A stretch of 64,000 nt of DNA from Paludibacteraceae bacterium (GTDB lineage: Bacteria > Bacillota_I > Bacilli_A > RFN20 > CAG-826): the NCBI GenBank assembly GCA_963621535.1, contig CAVFEQ010000001.1, positions 18,040 to 82,039 on the forward strand. Reading direction: 5' to 3'. Under the pieces are notes generated by a model that was given only the letters and a program-made list of their open reading frames with translations, ran no database searches and was not told where the DNA came from. The translations under genes and the position numbers were made by a program. Every line of letters begins with the position of its first letter. Positions within the stretch are counted from its first letter, which is position 1. Of this stretch, positions 40,401 to 49,669 are shown in pieces.

Positions 40401-40910
40401 GGGATGAACTCGACGATCATGAACCAAATAACCAAACCAAGCTCAGAAAAAGGATCCTCCCTGCACGGAGAGGAATTGATTTCTTCCTACGCCCATTCCG
40501 CTTCTAACGGGACGCAGATCTGGAACGCGAAGATGGATTTGAGCTCATTGTCCAGCTCCTTGACTTCACCCTTAGAGATCAAAATCGAGGGAAAGGAAGT
40601 TAACGTCGGAAGTACAAAGCAAAAAACCTTAACCGCCCTAAGCGGCAGCGTTGGTTTAGTCTCAGTGATTTCCATCTCCTTTAACGCCGCATTAGCCAAC
40701 GTTTCTACTGGGACTTACGTTTCCGTTTGGAACAGGAACTCCAGCTCCTCGGATGACAAATTGACCTTCCATTCCAAAAACGACAAATCGGTCAATAGCA
40801 ATGAAGTCCACGCCGCCGATGCCTACGCCGCCAACTACTATGACGATGGCTATGTAACTAGCGGCTATTTTGCCTCCGCCACCACTTACGTGACCTATCC
40901 CATCAGTTAA
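37440..40910 (+). CDS. Large beta-rich lipoprotein ORFan, 1156 aa (cassette gene C, paralog of B)
   Basis: Starts 1 nt after the stop of B. Signal peptide with lipobox-like MASC. Shares blocks with B, for example HYFVWNLPLGDTVYSIGLQGDEDYYLSKIDFPAK against SYFTWNLPLGEETLSIGFTYDSDYYLSGVDFPAK. Confidence 0.85.
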   Translation: MPREEKSQNPIRERKKSFSPLKRLALGVLAFSMASCSFSKTTREDQGESKSEESSHVSESVGAKRLAESLTNSLTSGLSLTLEEMTLKADENNVFEFSNGSLAFDLKELSLHGLNFALQAEGSYNGSGGRSIDARLVDDELYFALEAPGSSTATYNVAYKVSTSAYRYETEDSRDPLTGGIKQYEFGRLDWVLEDILQILSSYGYEVKPNFKNTSKVDFGKISSSLDELNEIDAESHYFVWNLPLGDTVYSIGLQGDEDYYLSKIDFPAKGIGASGTLSNGMELSLSASFDYNGAQITPPENASAYLSLDNSIDLWERIATYAGKLSFDVSTVHNENGNEEEGLLLTHHEDAVESTATTIGRQGFDEKLTFSLAGGANFQNQRINDLSISAVFKGEKQTKKLSGHYVQGDNGKEAYVDVNGILKAKTSKTTADAFFSAFADLLADDSIKNEYLSSLFSSLGSITDAFASLRDSLIGKDIAENHYEHFLEALIALESKDNQIEATFDFGKAGGEGKLIFRLSSSDFALASITFASFSIGGFGVEGTLRISDYSGPSSFDKEQYEEMDHLPSLTDQLQNLYQHHSMKASVRGYVLDRSTTAYSTDTRFSSLNGKVITEQGFTLEGDFAFNLQEKAARANGVFLDRKADYLNEHAIALQLDGEIGASTETGDMLFSYDSSNTLKNANAEGYGALDYGNISEPDQETLYGKFSVASLNDILELATTLLSSDDPRFTKFTSNANTLATTLVAKISQGQFAPLLSEQILRSVSRSGDKIAAVVAKEVLGSEEDVPLNIEFDANGLSSIDFKLITESKEIYFKIDAEVPQTTLSKADLQVSELQSKRDSMTDFSSLSTLLEYALGSATLGEDDKNTSTYHLSGTAQIKILSVFTEKVPFSIYVSLDGAEVKVIGTIEVPMVVGVNGGSTLGGTRYVEFYFHTSGNDSDGTIFFHRVSYAKGLTSLATSVSEDWAKVKTSDFTANIMNWMLGYVMGMNSTIMNQITKPSSEKGSSLHGEELISSYAHSASNGTQIWNAKMDLSSLSSSLTSPLEIKIEGKEVNVGSTKQKTLTALSGSVGLVSVISISFNAALANVSTGTYVSVWNRNSSSSDDKLTFHSKNDKSVNSNEVHAADAYAANYYDDGYVTSGYFASATTYVTYPIS

Positions 40911-40954
40911 GGAAGGGTTTGCCCAAAGGTTTTCTCGCGCCTAAAATAAAAGGC

Positions 40955-41581
40955 ATGGAAAACCTCGCCCTAACGGTTGGAAAGAATCTCTCTGCCCTGC
41001 GCAAAGCTAAAGGGCTCACGCAGCAAGAGCTCGCCCAACAGATCAATTACAGTGACAAATCCCTCTCCAAATGGGAGCTTGGCTACGCTTTGCCTTCCGT
41101 TGACGTTTTGCTTGATATCGCGCGTTTCTACGGGGTCACCATCGATTACCTCACGCAGGAGCATCTTCCCGAAGCCATTGAGCAGCAAGTGACAGAGGAC
41201 AAGAAAAAAGACGCCAATGCCTCCAACAACGCCGTTATTCTCGCGATGAGCCTCACCTTCGTTTTGCTGGTGGCGATGTCGATCTTTTTCTCCTCCTATT
41301 TCATTCACGAAGGACAAGACATCCCCCTTTACGTTTGGTCGGTCTACGTCTGGATGGTGCCGGTCATGTGTTTCCTCTCCGCTTGGGAGGTGCGTTGGTT
41401 CTACCATAACCGCGCGGCTTTCTGGACTTTGGCAAGCTGCTTCCTATGGACGCTTCTTTTGGCTTTCTGCTTCTATTTCCAGTTTTTCCGCCTACCCAGC
41501 GAAAACGTGTGGTTCATCTTGGTCGTAGGCATCCCGATTCAGATCATCATGATCCTTCTCACCAAATATAAACGCGGCTAG
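40955..41581 (+). CDS. Membrane-tethered XRE-family HTH regulator
   Basis: N-terminus NLSALRKAKGLTQQELAQQINYSDKSLSKWELG is a Cro/C1 HTH. The C-terminal half has 4 hydrophobic helices. An alternative TTG start lies at 40919. Confidence 0.8.
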   Translation: MENLALTVGKNLSALRKAKGLTQQELAQQINYSDKSLSKWELGYALPSVDVLLDIARFYGVTIDYLTQEHLPEAIEQQVTEDKKKDANASNNAVILAMSLTFVLLVAMSIFFSSYFIHEGQDIPLYVWSVYVWMVPVMCFLSAWEVRWFYHNRAAFWTLASCFLWTLLLAFCFYFQFFRLPSENVWFILVVGIPIQIIMILLTKYKRG

Positions 41582-41643
41582 TCCTTGCAAGGAGACCTCT
41601 CCTCCATTAGGCTTCTAATTGGTTTTTTCATGGAGGCAAAACA

Positions 41644-43416
41644 ATGGATGAAAAAGTTTGGGATCTAAGCCGCATCTACTCCAATCCGGAGAGCTTCGAC
41701 GCGGATCTAGAGAAGCTAAAAGGCATCGCCGCGAAAATGGGCGGATACGCCGGGAAGCTAGGTGAGGAAGAAAAACTAAAGGAATACCTCGTCCTTGAAA
41801 GGGAGATGAACGATCTTCTCGAGCATCTTTACATGTTCGCCGCGATGCAAAGCGACAAGGACAAAAAGAACGTCTCCTACACCGAAACCGAAAGCAAAGT
41901 CTTCCTGGTTTTGCAAGACATCAATGCGAAGACGAGTTTCGAATCTCCTGAGCTCATCGCCCTAGGAAAAGAGAAATTGGATGGCTTTTTGCGGAGAAAT
42001 CCGGAATTCAATGATTATTCTTTCATCTTTGAAAAGCTCTTCAACAGCCAGAAATACGTCCTCTCTCCAGAGAAAGAGAAGCTCATGGCCGCTTTCTCCC
42101 CGATATGCGGAGAAGGAGGCGAGCTTTATAGCAAGCTCTCCGTGGGAGACTATTCCCCGTCCAAGGCCAAGTTAAGCGATGGCAGAGTAATCGAAGTCAG
42201 CACGTCCAACTGGACCGACCTCATCAGCAAAGAGGCCAAACAAGAGGACCGCGCCTCGATTTTCGAGGCCCTTTATTCGCAATTTGAATCCCACAAGAAC
42301 GTCTATGGCGAAATCTATAACCTCACCGTGCAAAGCGAGCTCGCCGAGATGAAGGCCAGAGGCTATTCCTCCATCCTTTCCGAGCACCTTTCCGGAAATG
42401 CGATCCCTGAAAGCGTCTTCCTCAATCTAATAGAAGTCGCCTCCACTCATGCTGAGCCCCTTCATCGCTATTACAAGATAAGAGCCAAGGCGCTTGGCGT
42501 AGAAAAACACCGCAGCTACGACCGTTTCATGCCTTTGGCGAAATCCGACAAGCATTACACCTACGAAGAGGCGAAAGAGCTCTTCTTCAACTCCATCTCC
42601 TCTTTCCCGCAGGACTTCCAGGACAAGGCCCACGAGGTGCTTAAGCCAGGATACGTCGATGTCTATCCAGGCCCAGGCAAGCGCAGCGGAGCCTATAGCA
42701 ACGGAGGAAGTGGCATCCACCCCTACATTCTTTTGAATTTCGTGGGCAATCTAGAAGACGTCTTCACCCTCGCGCATGAATCCGGCCATTCGATTCACAC
42801 CCTTTACAGCGAGGAGAATCAGCCCAAACTCAAACAGGGCTATGCGATCTTCGTCGCCGAAATCGCCTCCACCTTCAACGAGCATAACCTCCTCGATTAT
42901 CTTTTAACCTCTGGAAAGCTCAGCAAAGACGACAAGATCGTTTTGCTCCAGAAAGCTATCGATCAAATCGTCTCGACCTTCTATCGTCAGACCTTATTCG
43001 GACATTTTGAGTACGATATCGCTAAGCTCGCCGAGGAAGGCAAGCCCATCAATTACTCCGTTTTGAACGAGGAGATGATCGAGCTTTACAAGACCTATTA
43101 CGGTATCGATATCGAAGAAGAGAAGGTGAAGCCAATGGTCTGGGCCTATATCCCCCATCTTTTCTATACCCCTTTCTACGTCTATCAATACGCGACGAGC
43201 TTCACCTCGTCCATGCTCATCTACGAGAATGTGAAAAAAGGCGAAAAAGACGCCTTCGCTAACTACATCAAGATGCTCTCTGCCGGAGGGTCAAACTGGC
43301 CGATAGAAGAAGTCAAGCTAGGCGGAGTCGATCTCACGACAAAAGAGCCCTTCCTCTCGGTCATTCACCGCATGGAAGAGCTCGTGGACCAGCTCGAGAA
43401 GTTGCTTGGTGAATAA
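41644..43416 (+). CDS. pepF: Oligoendopeptidase F (M3B)
   Basis: 590 aa. Zinc motif TLAHESGHSIH. Confidence 0.92.
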   Translation: MDEKVWDLSRIYSNPESFDADLEKLKGIAAKMGGYAGKLGEEEKLKEYLVLEREMNDLLEHLYMFAAMQSDKDKKNVSYTETESKVFLVLQDINAKTSFESPELIALGKEKLDGFLRRNPEFNDYSFIFEKLFNSQKYVLSPEKEKLMAAFSPICGEGGELYSKLSVGDYSPSKAKLSDGRVIEVSTSNWTDLISKEAKQEDRASIFEALYSQFESHKNVYGEIYNLTVQSELAEMKARGYSSILSEHLSGNAIPESVFLNLIEVASTHAEPLHRYYKIRAKALGVEKHRSYDRFMPLAKSDKHYTYEEAKELFFNSISSFPQDFQDKAHEVLKPGYVDVYPGPGKRSGAYSNGGSGIHPYILLNFVGNLEDVFTLAHESGHSIHTLYSEENQPKLKQGYAIFVAEIASTFNEHNLLDYLLTSGKLSKDDKIVLLQKAIDQIVSTFYRQTLFGHFEYDIAKLAEEGKPINYSVLNEEMIELYKTYYGIDIEEEKVKPMVWAYIPHLFYTPFYVYQYATSFTSSMLIYENVKKGEKDAFANYIKMLSAGGSNWPIEEVKLGGVDLTTKEPFLSVIHRMEELVDQLEKLLGE

Positions 43417-43423
43417 AGAAAAT

Positions 43424-43459
43424 GAGGGGAAACGCATGCACGTCTCCCCTCTTTTTTTG
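43424..43459. terminator. Hairpin between convergent pepF and clpB (probably bidirectional)
   Basis: GAGGGGA...TCCCCTC with an inner ACG/CGT pairing, followed by TTTTTTTG. The other side is A/T-rich. Confidence 0.75.
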
Positions 43460-43461
43460 TT

Positions 43462-45591
43462 TTAGGCGGCGTTATCTTTTCTTAGCAGCAATTCTTCGCC
43501 ATCCAGATCAAGAGTGTATTTAGATTGCGTATCGAGGCTTCCTTCGACGATTTTGTTCGCAAGGAAGGTCTCGATCTTATCCTGGATGAATCTCTTCAAA
43601 GGACGGGCGCCGAACTCCGCGCTATAGGCATTATGAAGGACGTAGTCTTCGATCTTTGGGGTGAATGAGACCGAGACGTATTGCTCTTGCAAACGTTTTT
43701 CGAGCTCATTAAGCATCTTCCTGACGATCTTCTTCTGAACTTCTTCGCCTAGAGGGTTGAAGTAGACGATCTCATCGATGCGGTTCAAGAACTCTGGTTT
43801 GAAGGTTTTATGCAGCAAATCCTCAACCTTGTCCTTTTGCCCGGAGAGGAGATATTCGCTTCCGAGGTTGCTCGTCATGATGATGACCGTGTTGCGGAAA
43901 TCGATGAGGCGGCCCTGGCTATCGGTCAAGCGCCCTTCGTCAAGGACCTGCAGCAAGAGGTTGAAGACTTCGGGGTTCGCCTTCTCGATTTCGTCGAAGA
44001 GGACGATGGAGTAAGGCGATCTGCGCACTTTTTCCGTCAGCTGCCCGCCTTCTTCGTAGCCAACATATCCAGGAGGCGCCCCCACAAGGCGCGAGACGGA
44101 GAACTTCTCCATGTATTCGGACATGTCGATGCGGATGATCGAGTTTTCGTTATCGAAGAGAGCCTCCGCGAGGGCTTTGGATACCTCGGTCTTTCCTACC
44201 CCTGTAGGCCCAAGGAACAAGAAGGAGCCAATCGGGCGATTGGGGTTTTTGATGCCCGCCCTTTGACGGATGATCGCATTTGAGACAAGCGTGATGGCCT
44301 CATCTTGCCCAATGACCCTTTGCTGCAGGGTATTCTTCAGATCCAAGACCTTCTCCCGGTCGCCCTTTTTGATGCGCGATACGGGGATGCCGGTCATCCT
44401 GCCGACGATTTTAGCGATCTCCTCATCATCCACGACCTCATTGACGAGCCTTTCATTTTCTTTGCTAGCAAGAGAGACGTCATGGAGTCTTTGCTGCAGT
44501 TCGGGGATCGTCTTATATTGAAGCTCAGAGGCTTTTTTGTAATCCCCTTGCGCGAAATAGTTGGAGAGGTTCCGTTTGGCGTCTTCAATCTCTTTTTTGA
44601 GGTTCTTCGCCTCGCTTACCTCTTCTTTCTCTTTTTGCCATTCCTTATTCAGAGCGTCGAATTTCTCTTTGTCCTCCGCAAGCTCTTTCTCAAGGGCTTC
44701 CATGCGGCGAAGAGAGGATTCGTCTTTCTCTTTGGCTAAAGCGACTTTTTCAATCTCAAGGCTCCTGATTTTGCGGGAAACCTCATCGAGTTCAGTCGGC
44801 ATCGATTCGATTTCCACCTTGATGGATGCGCAAGCCTCATCAAGGAGGTCAATCGCCTTATCCGGCAAGAAGCGGTTGGTGATGTAACGATTGGAAAGCA
44901 TGGCCGCGGAAATGAGCGCCCCATCGGTGATCTGCACGCCATGATAGGATTCGAAACGCTCCTTCAAGCCGCGAAGAATCGTGATCGTGTCTTCAACGCT
45001 CGGCTCTCCGACCATCACGGTTTGGAAACGCCTTTCCAAAGCGCGGTCCTTTTCGATGTATTCGCGATACTCATTGAGGGTTGTTGCGCCAATGCAATCG
45101 ATATCGCCCCTTGCCAAAAGAGGCTTCAACAGGTTCGCGGCGTCCATCGCCCCCTCGCTTTTCCCTGCGCCGACGATCAAATGGATCTCGTCGATGAAAA
45201 GAATCGTCTTATGATTGCTTTCCTTTATCTTATTGAGAACGGCTTTAAGGCGCTCCTCGAATTCGCCGCGATATTTGGCACCCGCGACAAGGGCCCCCAT
45301 ATCGAGCTCATAAATCGTCTTGCCTTGAAGCGAGGCCGGGACGTCCTTTTTGACGATGCGCTCGGCAAGCCCTTCGACAATCGCGGTTTTCCCTACGCCA
45401 GGCTCGCCCAGGAGCACGACGTTATTCTTGGTTTTTCTAGCCAAGACCTGAATCACTTTTCTTATTTCTTCATCCCTGCCGATCACAGGATCGACTTTGC
45501 CACTGGAAACGGCTTCATTGAGATCCCTGCCAAATTTCTTCAAGACATCGGGATCCCTAGAATAGTCAATCGGTTGTTCCATGTTATCCAT
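43462..45591 (-). CDS. clpB: ClpB-type AAA+ disaggregase lacking the Clp N-domain
   Basis: 709 aa. Two Walker A sites ([15 protein letters not shown] and [15 protein letters not shown]) with a long coiled-coil middle domain between them. The protein begins only ~30 aa before the first AAA module. Confidence 0.93.
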   Translation of the reverse strand: MDNMEQPIDYSRDPDVLKKFGRDLNEAVSSGKVDPVIGRDEEIRKVIQVLARKTKNNVVLLGEPGVGKTAIVEGLAERIVKKDVPASLQGKTIYELDMGALVAGAKYRGEFEERLKAVLNKIKESNHKTILFIDEIHLIVGAGKSEGAMDAANLLKPLLARGDIDCIGATTLNEYREYIEKDRALERRFQTVMVGEPSVEDTITILRGLKERFESYHGVQITDGALISAAMLSNRYITNRFLPDKAIDLLDEACASIKVEIESMPTELDEVSRKIRSLEIEKVALAKEKDESSLRRMEALEKELAEDKEKFDALNKEWQKEKEEVSEAKNLKKEIEDAKRNLSNYFAQGDYKKASELQYKTIPELQQRLHDVSLASKENERLVNEVVDDEEIAKIVGRMTGIPVSRIKKGDREKVLDLKNTLQQRVIGQDEAITLVSNAIIRQRAGIKNPNRPIGSFLFLGPTGVGKTEVSKALAEALFDNENSIIRIDMSEYMEKFSVSRLVGAPPGYVGYEEGGQLTEKVRRSPYSIVLFDEIEKANPEVFNLLLQVLDEGRLTDSQGRLIDFRNTVIIMTSNLGSEYLLSGQKDKVEDLLHKTFKPEFLNRIDEIVYFNPLGEEVQKKIVRKMLNELEKRLQEQYVSVSFTPKIEDYVLHNAYSAEFGARPLKRFIQDKIETFLANKIVEGSLDTQSKYTLDLDGEELLLRKDNAA

Positions 45592-45628
45592 AGAGTTCTC
45601 CTTTCTCCGAGTTAAATCGGACAGGAAA

Positions 45629-45656
45629 ACTATAGTCGCATTTTTAGCACTCGCAA
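45629..45656 (-). promoter_or_regulatory. Candidate clpB promoter overlapping CIRCE
   Basis: Minus strand TTGCGA (45656-45651), 16 nt spacer, TATAGT (45634-45629). The -35 element lies inside the CIRCE spacer and left arm. Confidence 0.5.
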
Positions 45657-45670
45657 GGGTAGAGTGCTAA
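45644..45670. promoter_or_regulatory. CIRCE operator (HrcA binding site)
   Basis: Perfect TTAGCACTC-N9-GAGTGCTAA, 53-79 nt upstream of the clpB start. Confidence 0.95.
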
Positions 45671-45769
45671 TTTCGTTCATTTTATTTTAGCTGACGCGCT
45701 TCCAATGAATGATTTTATTTGTGACAGAACTAAGCAATCACCACTAAAAAGCCCGCAAAACCAAGTTAT

Positions 45770-47479
45770 TTAGTCAAACAGAGCATCGAGCATATCGTCG
45801 TGCCCGTAAAAATAATCGGTGTTTAACTCCTTATCTAGGGCGGCCCCGGATTGCACCTCTTTGAAGGTGATGTCATTGCCGTTTATCTTCGCGCATTTCA
45901 AAATCGAAGGCCCAGACATATGAAAGGAAGAGCCGTCGGCATTGACGAATCCGACGATCGGGCAGGCGCCGCCACCGCTTCTTTCGCCATAGATCTTAGC
46001 CGCATTCGAATAAGAGGCGTTGCAGGCGATGTAATTCGCCGCGGAGAAAGTAAGGGCGGAAGTGAGGATCCCCCAATTATAGGAACTATAGGCGTCATCA
46101 TCTTCATAATCGCCATCTTCGTTCGCGTCTATTTTCATTTTGATCACATAGCCCGAAGAAGAAAGCATGTTCGTGGCCCCGTAGCAAAGATCCTCATCGC
46201 TCATCAATCCCAACATGCGGAAGGCGGCGCCCATGTTGCCTCCCCCGTTTCTACTCAAATCGAAAAGGATGTTTTTGATTCCGCCGTGTTTGCCGATTCT
46301 AGAGAGCATCTCCTTCATATAGTAGAAGGAATCCTTCGTATAGGCGTCTTCCTTCAAATTGCCGTTTTCGTCGTGCAAATCGGAAGAGGCTCCGGTTTGG
46401 ATTGGGCTTTGCGCGACGATGATCGCAGTGTCGTCGTAGTAACGGACCGGCTCATTCTCAGGGTAGGCGGCCTTATAATCGGCTTCTAGTTTCGCGCTTT
46501 CCTCAATATAGGCGTTTCTCACCTTCCCATAAGTCGGCCTTAATGAGGTTGAGTTGCAGAAGAAAGAATAATAATCATAGCTCGTGTGCAGTTCGTCGAG
46601 CTTTTCAAATAAGGTGGTGAAATACCCACTTCTAGCTTCCTCTTCGCTTGAGGAAGAAAGCTTCGTCACGACCTCATCCCCAAGGTAAGAGGAAAAGGAA
46701 TCGATCTTGTAATAATCCTTTAAGCCATAGTAGTTGTCCATGATGAAAAGGAAATGCTTCGCGTTCATGGAAGCGATGTCGCTAGGGATGCTTCCGCCTT
46801 GCCAGGTGCGAGTTGAAAAAGACTTCTTCAAAGCCTCCTCGGATTCAGACATCGCAAAGCCGAAATAGGTCCCGTAATAAGCGTTCCCGTTAAAGTAGAA
46901 ATTGTGATAATTGCTCGAGCAAAAAAGGGTGTTCGCCACGCAGAAGGGAAGCAAAACCAAGTCCTTTTTGCGGTAGATTTCAATGCCATAAGCCCCTAAA
47001 TCGAAGACTTTGCTGGACTCCTGCGTCGTTTTTGTGTCCACGGTTTTGAGCGCGAAGCTGTAATTGGTCTCGGAGGTCCCATAAAGCAAATTGAAGAAAG
47101 AGATGGAACTTGCCGTGATGGTGTTCTTCTCATCGTCAATCGTCAGGGTGAACGTCTGGCTTTGCGTCCTCCAGGAAGCGACGAGCTTCCTCTCTGAAGG
47201 AGTTGAATAAGAGATGTACTTCGTTTGGTAAAGCCCTTCAAGAGAAGTCACGAAAGAAGAAACATCGACGTAAGGCAAAGCGCCATCATTCACGTAATAG
47301 GTTTTGAGGCTGGTCGCTTTGATCGAATACTCCTCGTTGTAGTTATAAAGAGGGTGATAGACGCTTTTGACGGTGATGTCGTCTTCATAATTCGAAGAGG
47401 GCTCGCTTAAGAAGGCACACCCTGAAAGCGAGAAAAGGAGAGACAAGCAAGAGAAGGAAAGGAAGAATTGTTTTTTCAT
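45770..47479 (-). CDS. Lipoprotein with C-terminal S41 (tail-specific protease)-like domain
   Basis: Signal peptide with lipobox LSGC. C-terminal FDLSRNGGGNMGAAF and YGERSGGGA blocks resemble peptidase S41. Confidence 0.6.
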   Translation of the reverse strand: MKKQFFLSFSCLSLLFSLSGCAFLSEPSSNYEDDITVKSVYHPLYNYNEEYSIKATSLKTYYVNDGALPYVDVSSFVTSLEGLYQTKYISYSTPSERKLVASWRTQSQTFTLTIDDEKNTITASSISFFNLLYGTSETNYSFALKTVDTKTTQESSKVFDLGAYGIEIYRKKDLVLLPFCVANTLFCSSNYHNFYFNGNAYYGTYFGFAMSESEEALKKSFSTRTWQGGSIPSDIASMNAKHFLFIMDNYYGLKDYYKIDSFSSYLGDEVVTKLSSSSEEEARSGYFTTLFEKLDELHTSYDYYSFFCNSTSLRPTYGKVRNAYIEESAKLEADYKAAYPENEPVRYYDDTAIIVAQSPIQTGASSDLHDENGNLKEDAYTKDSFYYMKEMLSRIGKHGGIKNILFDLSRNGGGNMGAAFRMLGLMSDEDLCYGATNMLSSSGYVIKMKIDANEDGDYEDDDAYSSYNWGILTSALTFSAANYIACNASYSNAAKIYGERSGGGACPIVGFVNADGSSFHMSGPSILKCAKINGNDITFKEVQSGAALDKELNTDYFYGHDDMLDALFD

Positions 47480-47509
47480 GGCGTTATTCTAAGCCCAAAA
47501 GAAGAGGAC

Positions 47510-47537
47510 GGGAAAAGAAAAGCCCCCTAAGGGGCTA
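47510..47537 (-). terminator. Rho-independent terminator of the GntR-ABC operon
   Basis: Minus strand AGCCCC-ttag-GGGGCT followed by TTTCTTTTCC. Confidence 0.7.
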
Positions 47538-47547
47538 ATCAATTCCT

Positions 47548-48789
47548 TCAATAAGCTTTCGTGGAAATCGAGATGATGAGGGCAAGAAGGCAAGTAAGGT
47601 TAATCCCGCCATACATCAGCCAATTCTTAAGATCGAGCTTGAACGAGTGGTTGTAGAGGGAAAGAACCACATAATATATGCCTCCCGTCCAAATGAAATT
47701 CGTGAACTGGAGAATGAACCAAGCCCCGCCAGCGAATCCAAAAAGTGAGGTCATCAACAGCCCCTCCCCAAGCAGGCAAGTCAAAAAGGCAAGATGAGGA
47801 AGCAAGGTGGCGAAGAAATTGCGGGGGCGATTTTCCCCGGCGAACTCTCCGCCCGGCTCTTTGCCTAGCAAAATCCAGGTGAGCGCTCCCCCGCCTAAAA
47901 GCAAGAAGGAAAGCGATCCCACCCAAAGGCTCCAATGCGTGCCGGAGAGGAAGTTCACGCAGAATTCCCAGCAACCAGCCATATTTTTCTCCAAAGTCCC
48001 AACCGTCCCTTCGATCAAGACCATCGGCACGTAAAAAGCGGGCATCAGGAAGAATGACCCTCCATAGCCAAAGGCCTTCTCCATCCATTCATAGTTATAG
48101 TTTCCTTGATTGGGCAGATAAATCGTGACGGGGATGAGCAAGCAAAGGACGAAGTGCCCGGCGATCATCGCGACGATCCCCTGGAGGACGTTGCTGCCTT
48201 GCCCAATCAAGAAGCAATTGATGAAAAACAAAGTCATCACAACCACAGCCCCTAACGGCCAAGCCAAGAAATACCAGCCAAAGGAACCAAGCGAAGAAGC
48301 GAAAGTGCCAACGTATTCAGAGTAGGTCTTAACCACCGCGGAGGCCGAATTAAGAGATACGATTTGCTTCAAAATCGCGCCGACTGAGCCAAGAAGGTAA
48401 GCCGTCAGATAGAAAGCAAGAAGGATCGCGCCCATCAAGAGGATGCGGGTTTGGGATATTTTCCCGCTTTTGACGGGCAGGGAGAGAAAGCAATCGGCGC
48501 GCGTTTTGCCATAGCGGTGCGAATAAGCGAAGAAAGGCATGACGCAAGAAGCCAGAAGCGAGGGAATCATCATCGCAACAACGCAAGAAACAGGATTCCG
48601 ATTGAGCCTCCACAACGTTTGGTAAATCGCATAGGAGTCGAAAGAAGCGTCCTCGGCAATGGTGACCTGGACATAAGGCTGAGCATTAAGCCCCACGATA
48701 AGCGTGGAAGTCACCACCAAAGCACCGATGGCGATGATCATCGGCAGCCAGGCTTTGAGCTGGAAACGAACAAACTGCTTAACTTTCAT
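47548..48789 (-). CDS. Polytopic membrane protein, putative permease partner of the ABC ATPase
   Basis: 413 aa, about 10 hydrophobic segments. Starts 1 nt after the ATPase gene. I recognised no conserved permease motif. Confidence 0.6.
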   Translation of the reverse strand: MKVKQFVRFQLKAWLPMIIAIGALVVTSTLIVGLNAQPYVQVTIAEDASFDSYAIYQTLWRLNRNPVSCVVAMMIPSLLASCVMPFFAYSHRYGKTRADCFLSLPVKSGKISQTRILLMGAILLAFYLTAYLLGSVGAILKQIVSLNSASAVVKTYSEYVGTFASSLGSFGWYFLAWPLGAVVVMTLFFINCFLIGQGSNVLQGIVAMIAGHFVLCLLIPVTIYLPNQGNYNYEWMEKAFGYGGSFFLMPAFYVPMVLIEGTVGTLEKNMAGCWEFCVNFLSGTHWSLWVGSLSFLLLGGGALTWILLGKEPGGEFAGENRPRNFFATLLPHLAFLTCLLGEGLLMTSLFGFAGGAWFILQFTNFIWTGGIYYVVLSLYNHSFKLDLKNWLMYGGINLTCLLALIISISTKAY

Positions 48790-48790
48790 C

Positions 48791-49669
48791 TTATTGGTTA
48801 TCCTTTCTGGCTTTGATCATCGCCAAAGTGACAAGCTCATCCCCGTCGATGTTGACGTTCTCGATGAACTTCGGCTTAAAGGTTTCTTTGATTCTAGTTA
48901 AAGCGGCCTCGTCTTCCTCCATCACGAAATTGAGGATGGAGCCAACCTTCCGGTAGTAAATAAGGGAGCATAGGGAAGAAAGTTCCTCTTCCGTGGGGTT
49001 CGTCTCAAAGAAAGCCTGGAACTTCACGAAGTTCTCACCCAGCGATTGGGTCTGCTTGTTTTCCGCCAAATGGCCTTTCGAAAGCATGACGAACCTATCG
49101 GCGAGTTTCTCCAAGGTCGAGATGTTATGGCTCGAGATGATGATGTTCCTGCCATTTTCCTTTTCTTTGATGATCTCCCCCTTTATCGCGTCTAAGGCAA
49201 TCGGGTCAAGGCCGTCGAAGGCCTCGTCCATCAAGAGGTATTTGGTCTTCGCCGCCAAAGCGAGGGCCACGAAAAGCTGTCTCCTCATTCCTTTGGAGAA
49301 GTTATTGATCTTCCCCGTGGGAGGTAAGGAGAAATTGGTCAAAATCTCATGGAAGCGATCCAAATCGAAATCGTAGAAGCAGGAATAGAATTCGTAGACC
49401 TTGTCGATGGTTGAATTCGCGGGGGCGAAAGGGAAATCGGAGAGGAAATAAATCTCTTTTTTCGCCTCGACATCATTTCTCTCTTTCCCATCGATGAAGA
49501 TAGAGCCTTCCTCGGGATTAAGGACTCCGGCTATGCAGCGTAGCAAAGTGGATTTGCCGGCGCCATTTTCGCCCACTAGGCCCGTAATGCCATCCCCGAT
49601 GGAAAGCTGCAGCCCATTAAGCGCTTTCGTTGATCCGAAACTTTTTGTGACATGTTGGATTTCGATCAT
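48791..49669 (-). CDS. ABC transporter ATP-binding protein
   Basis: Walker A GENGAGKST, signature FSKGMRRQ, Walker B LLMDEAFDGLD. Confidence 0.92.
   Translation of the reverse strand: MIEIQHVTKSFGSTKALNGLQLSIGDGITGLVGENGAGKSTLLRCIAGVLNPEEGSIFIDGKERNDVEAKKEIYFLSDFPFAPANSTIDKVYEFYSCFYDFDLDRFHEILTNFSLPPTGKINNFSKGMRRQLFVALALAAKTKYLLMDEAFDGLDPIALDAIKGEIIKEKENGRNIIISSHNISTLEKLADRFVMLSKGHLAENKQTQSLGENFVKFQAFFETNPTEEELSSLCSLIYYRKVGSILNFVMEEDEAALTRIKETFKPKFIENVNIDGDELVTLAMIKARKDNQ

Noticed and set aside
44941-45615. Long antisense or alternative-frame ORFs inside conserved genes (for example 44941-45615 and 44305-44739 in clpB, 45851-46489 in the S41 gene, 4432-4971 in atpA, 36542-37009 in gene B, 9275-9739 in the kinase gene)
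   Set aside because: Each lies entirely within a longer ORF that has clear family motifs or paralog support. They are typical GC-rich shadow frames.
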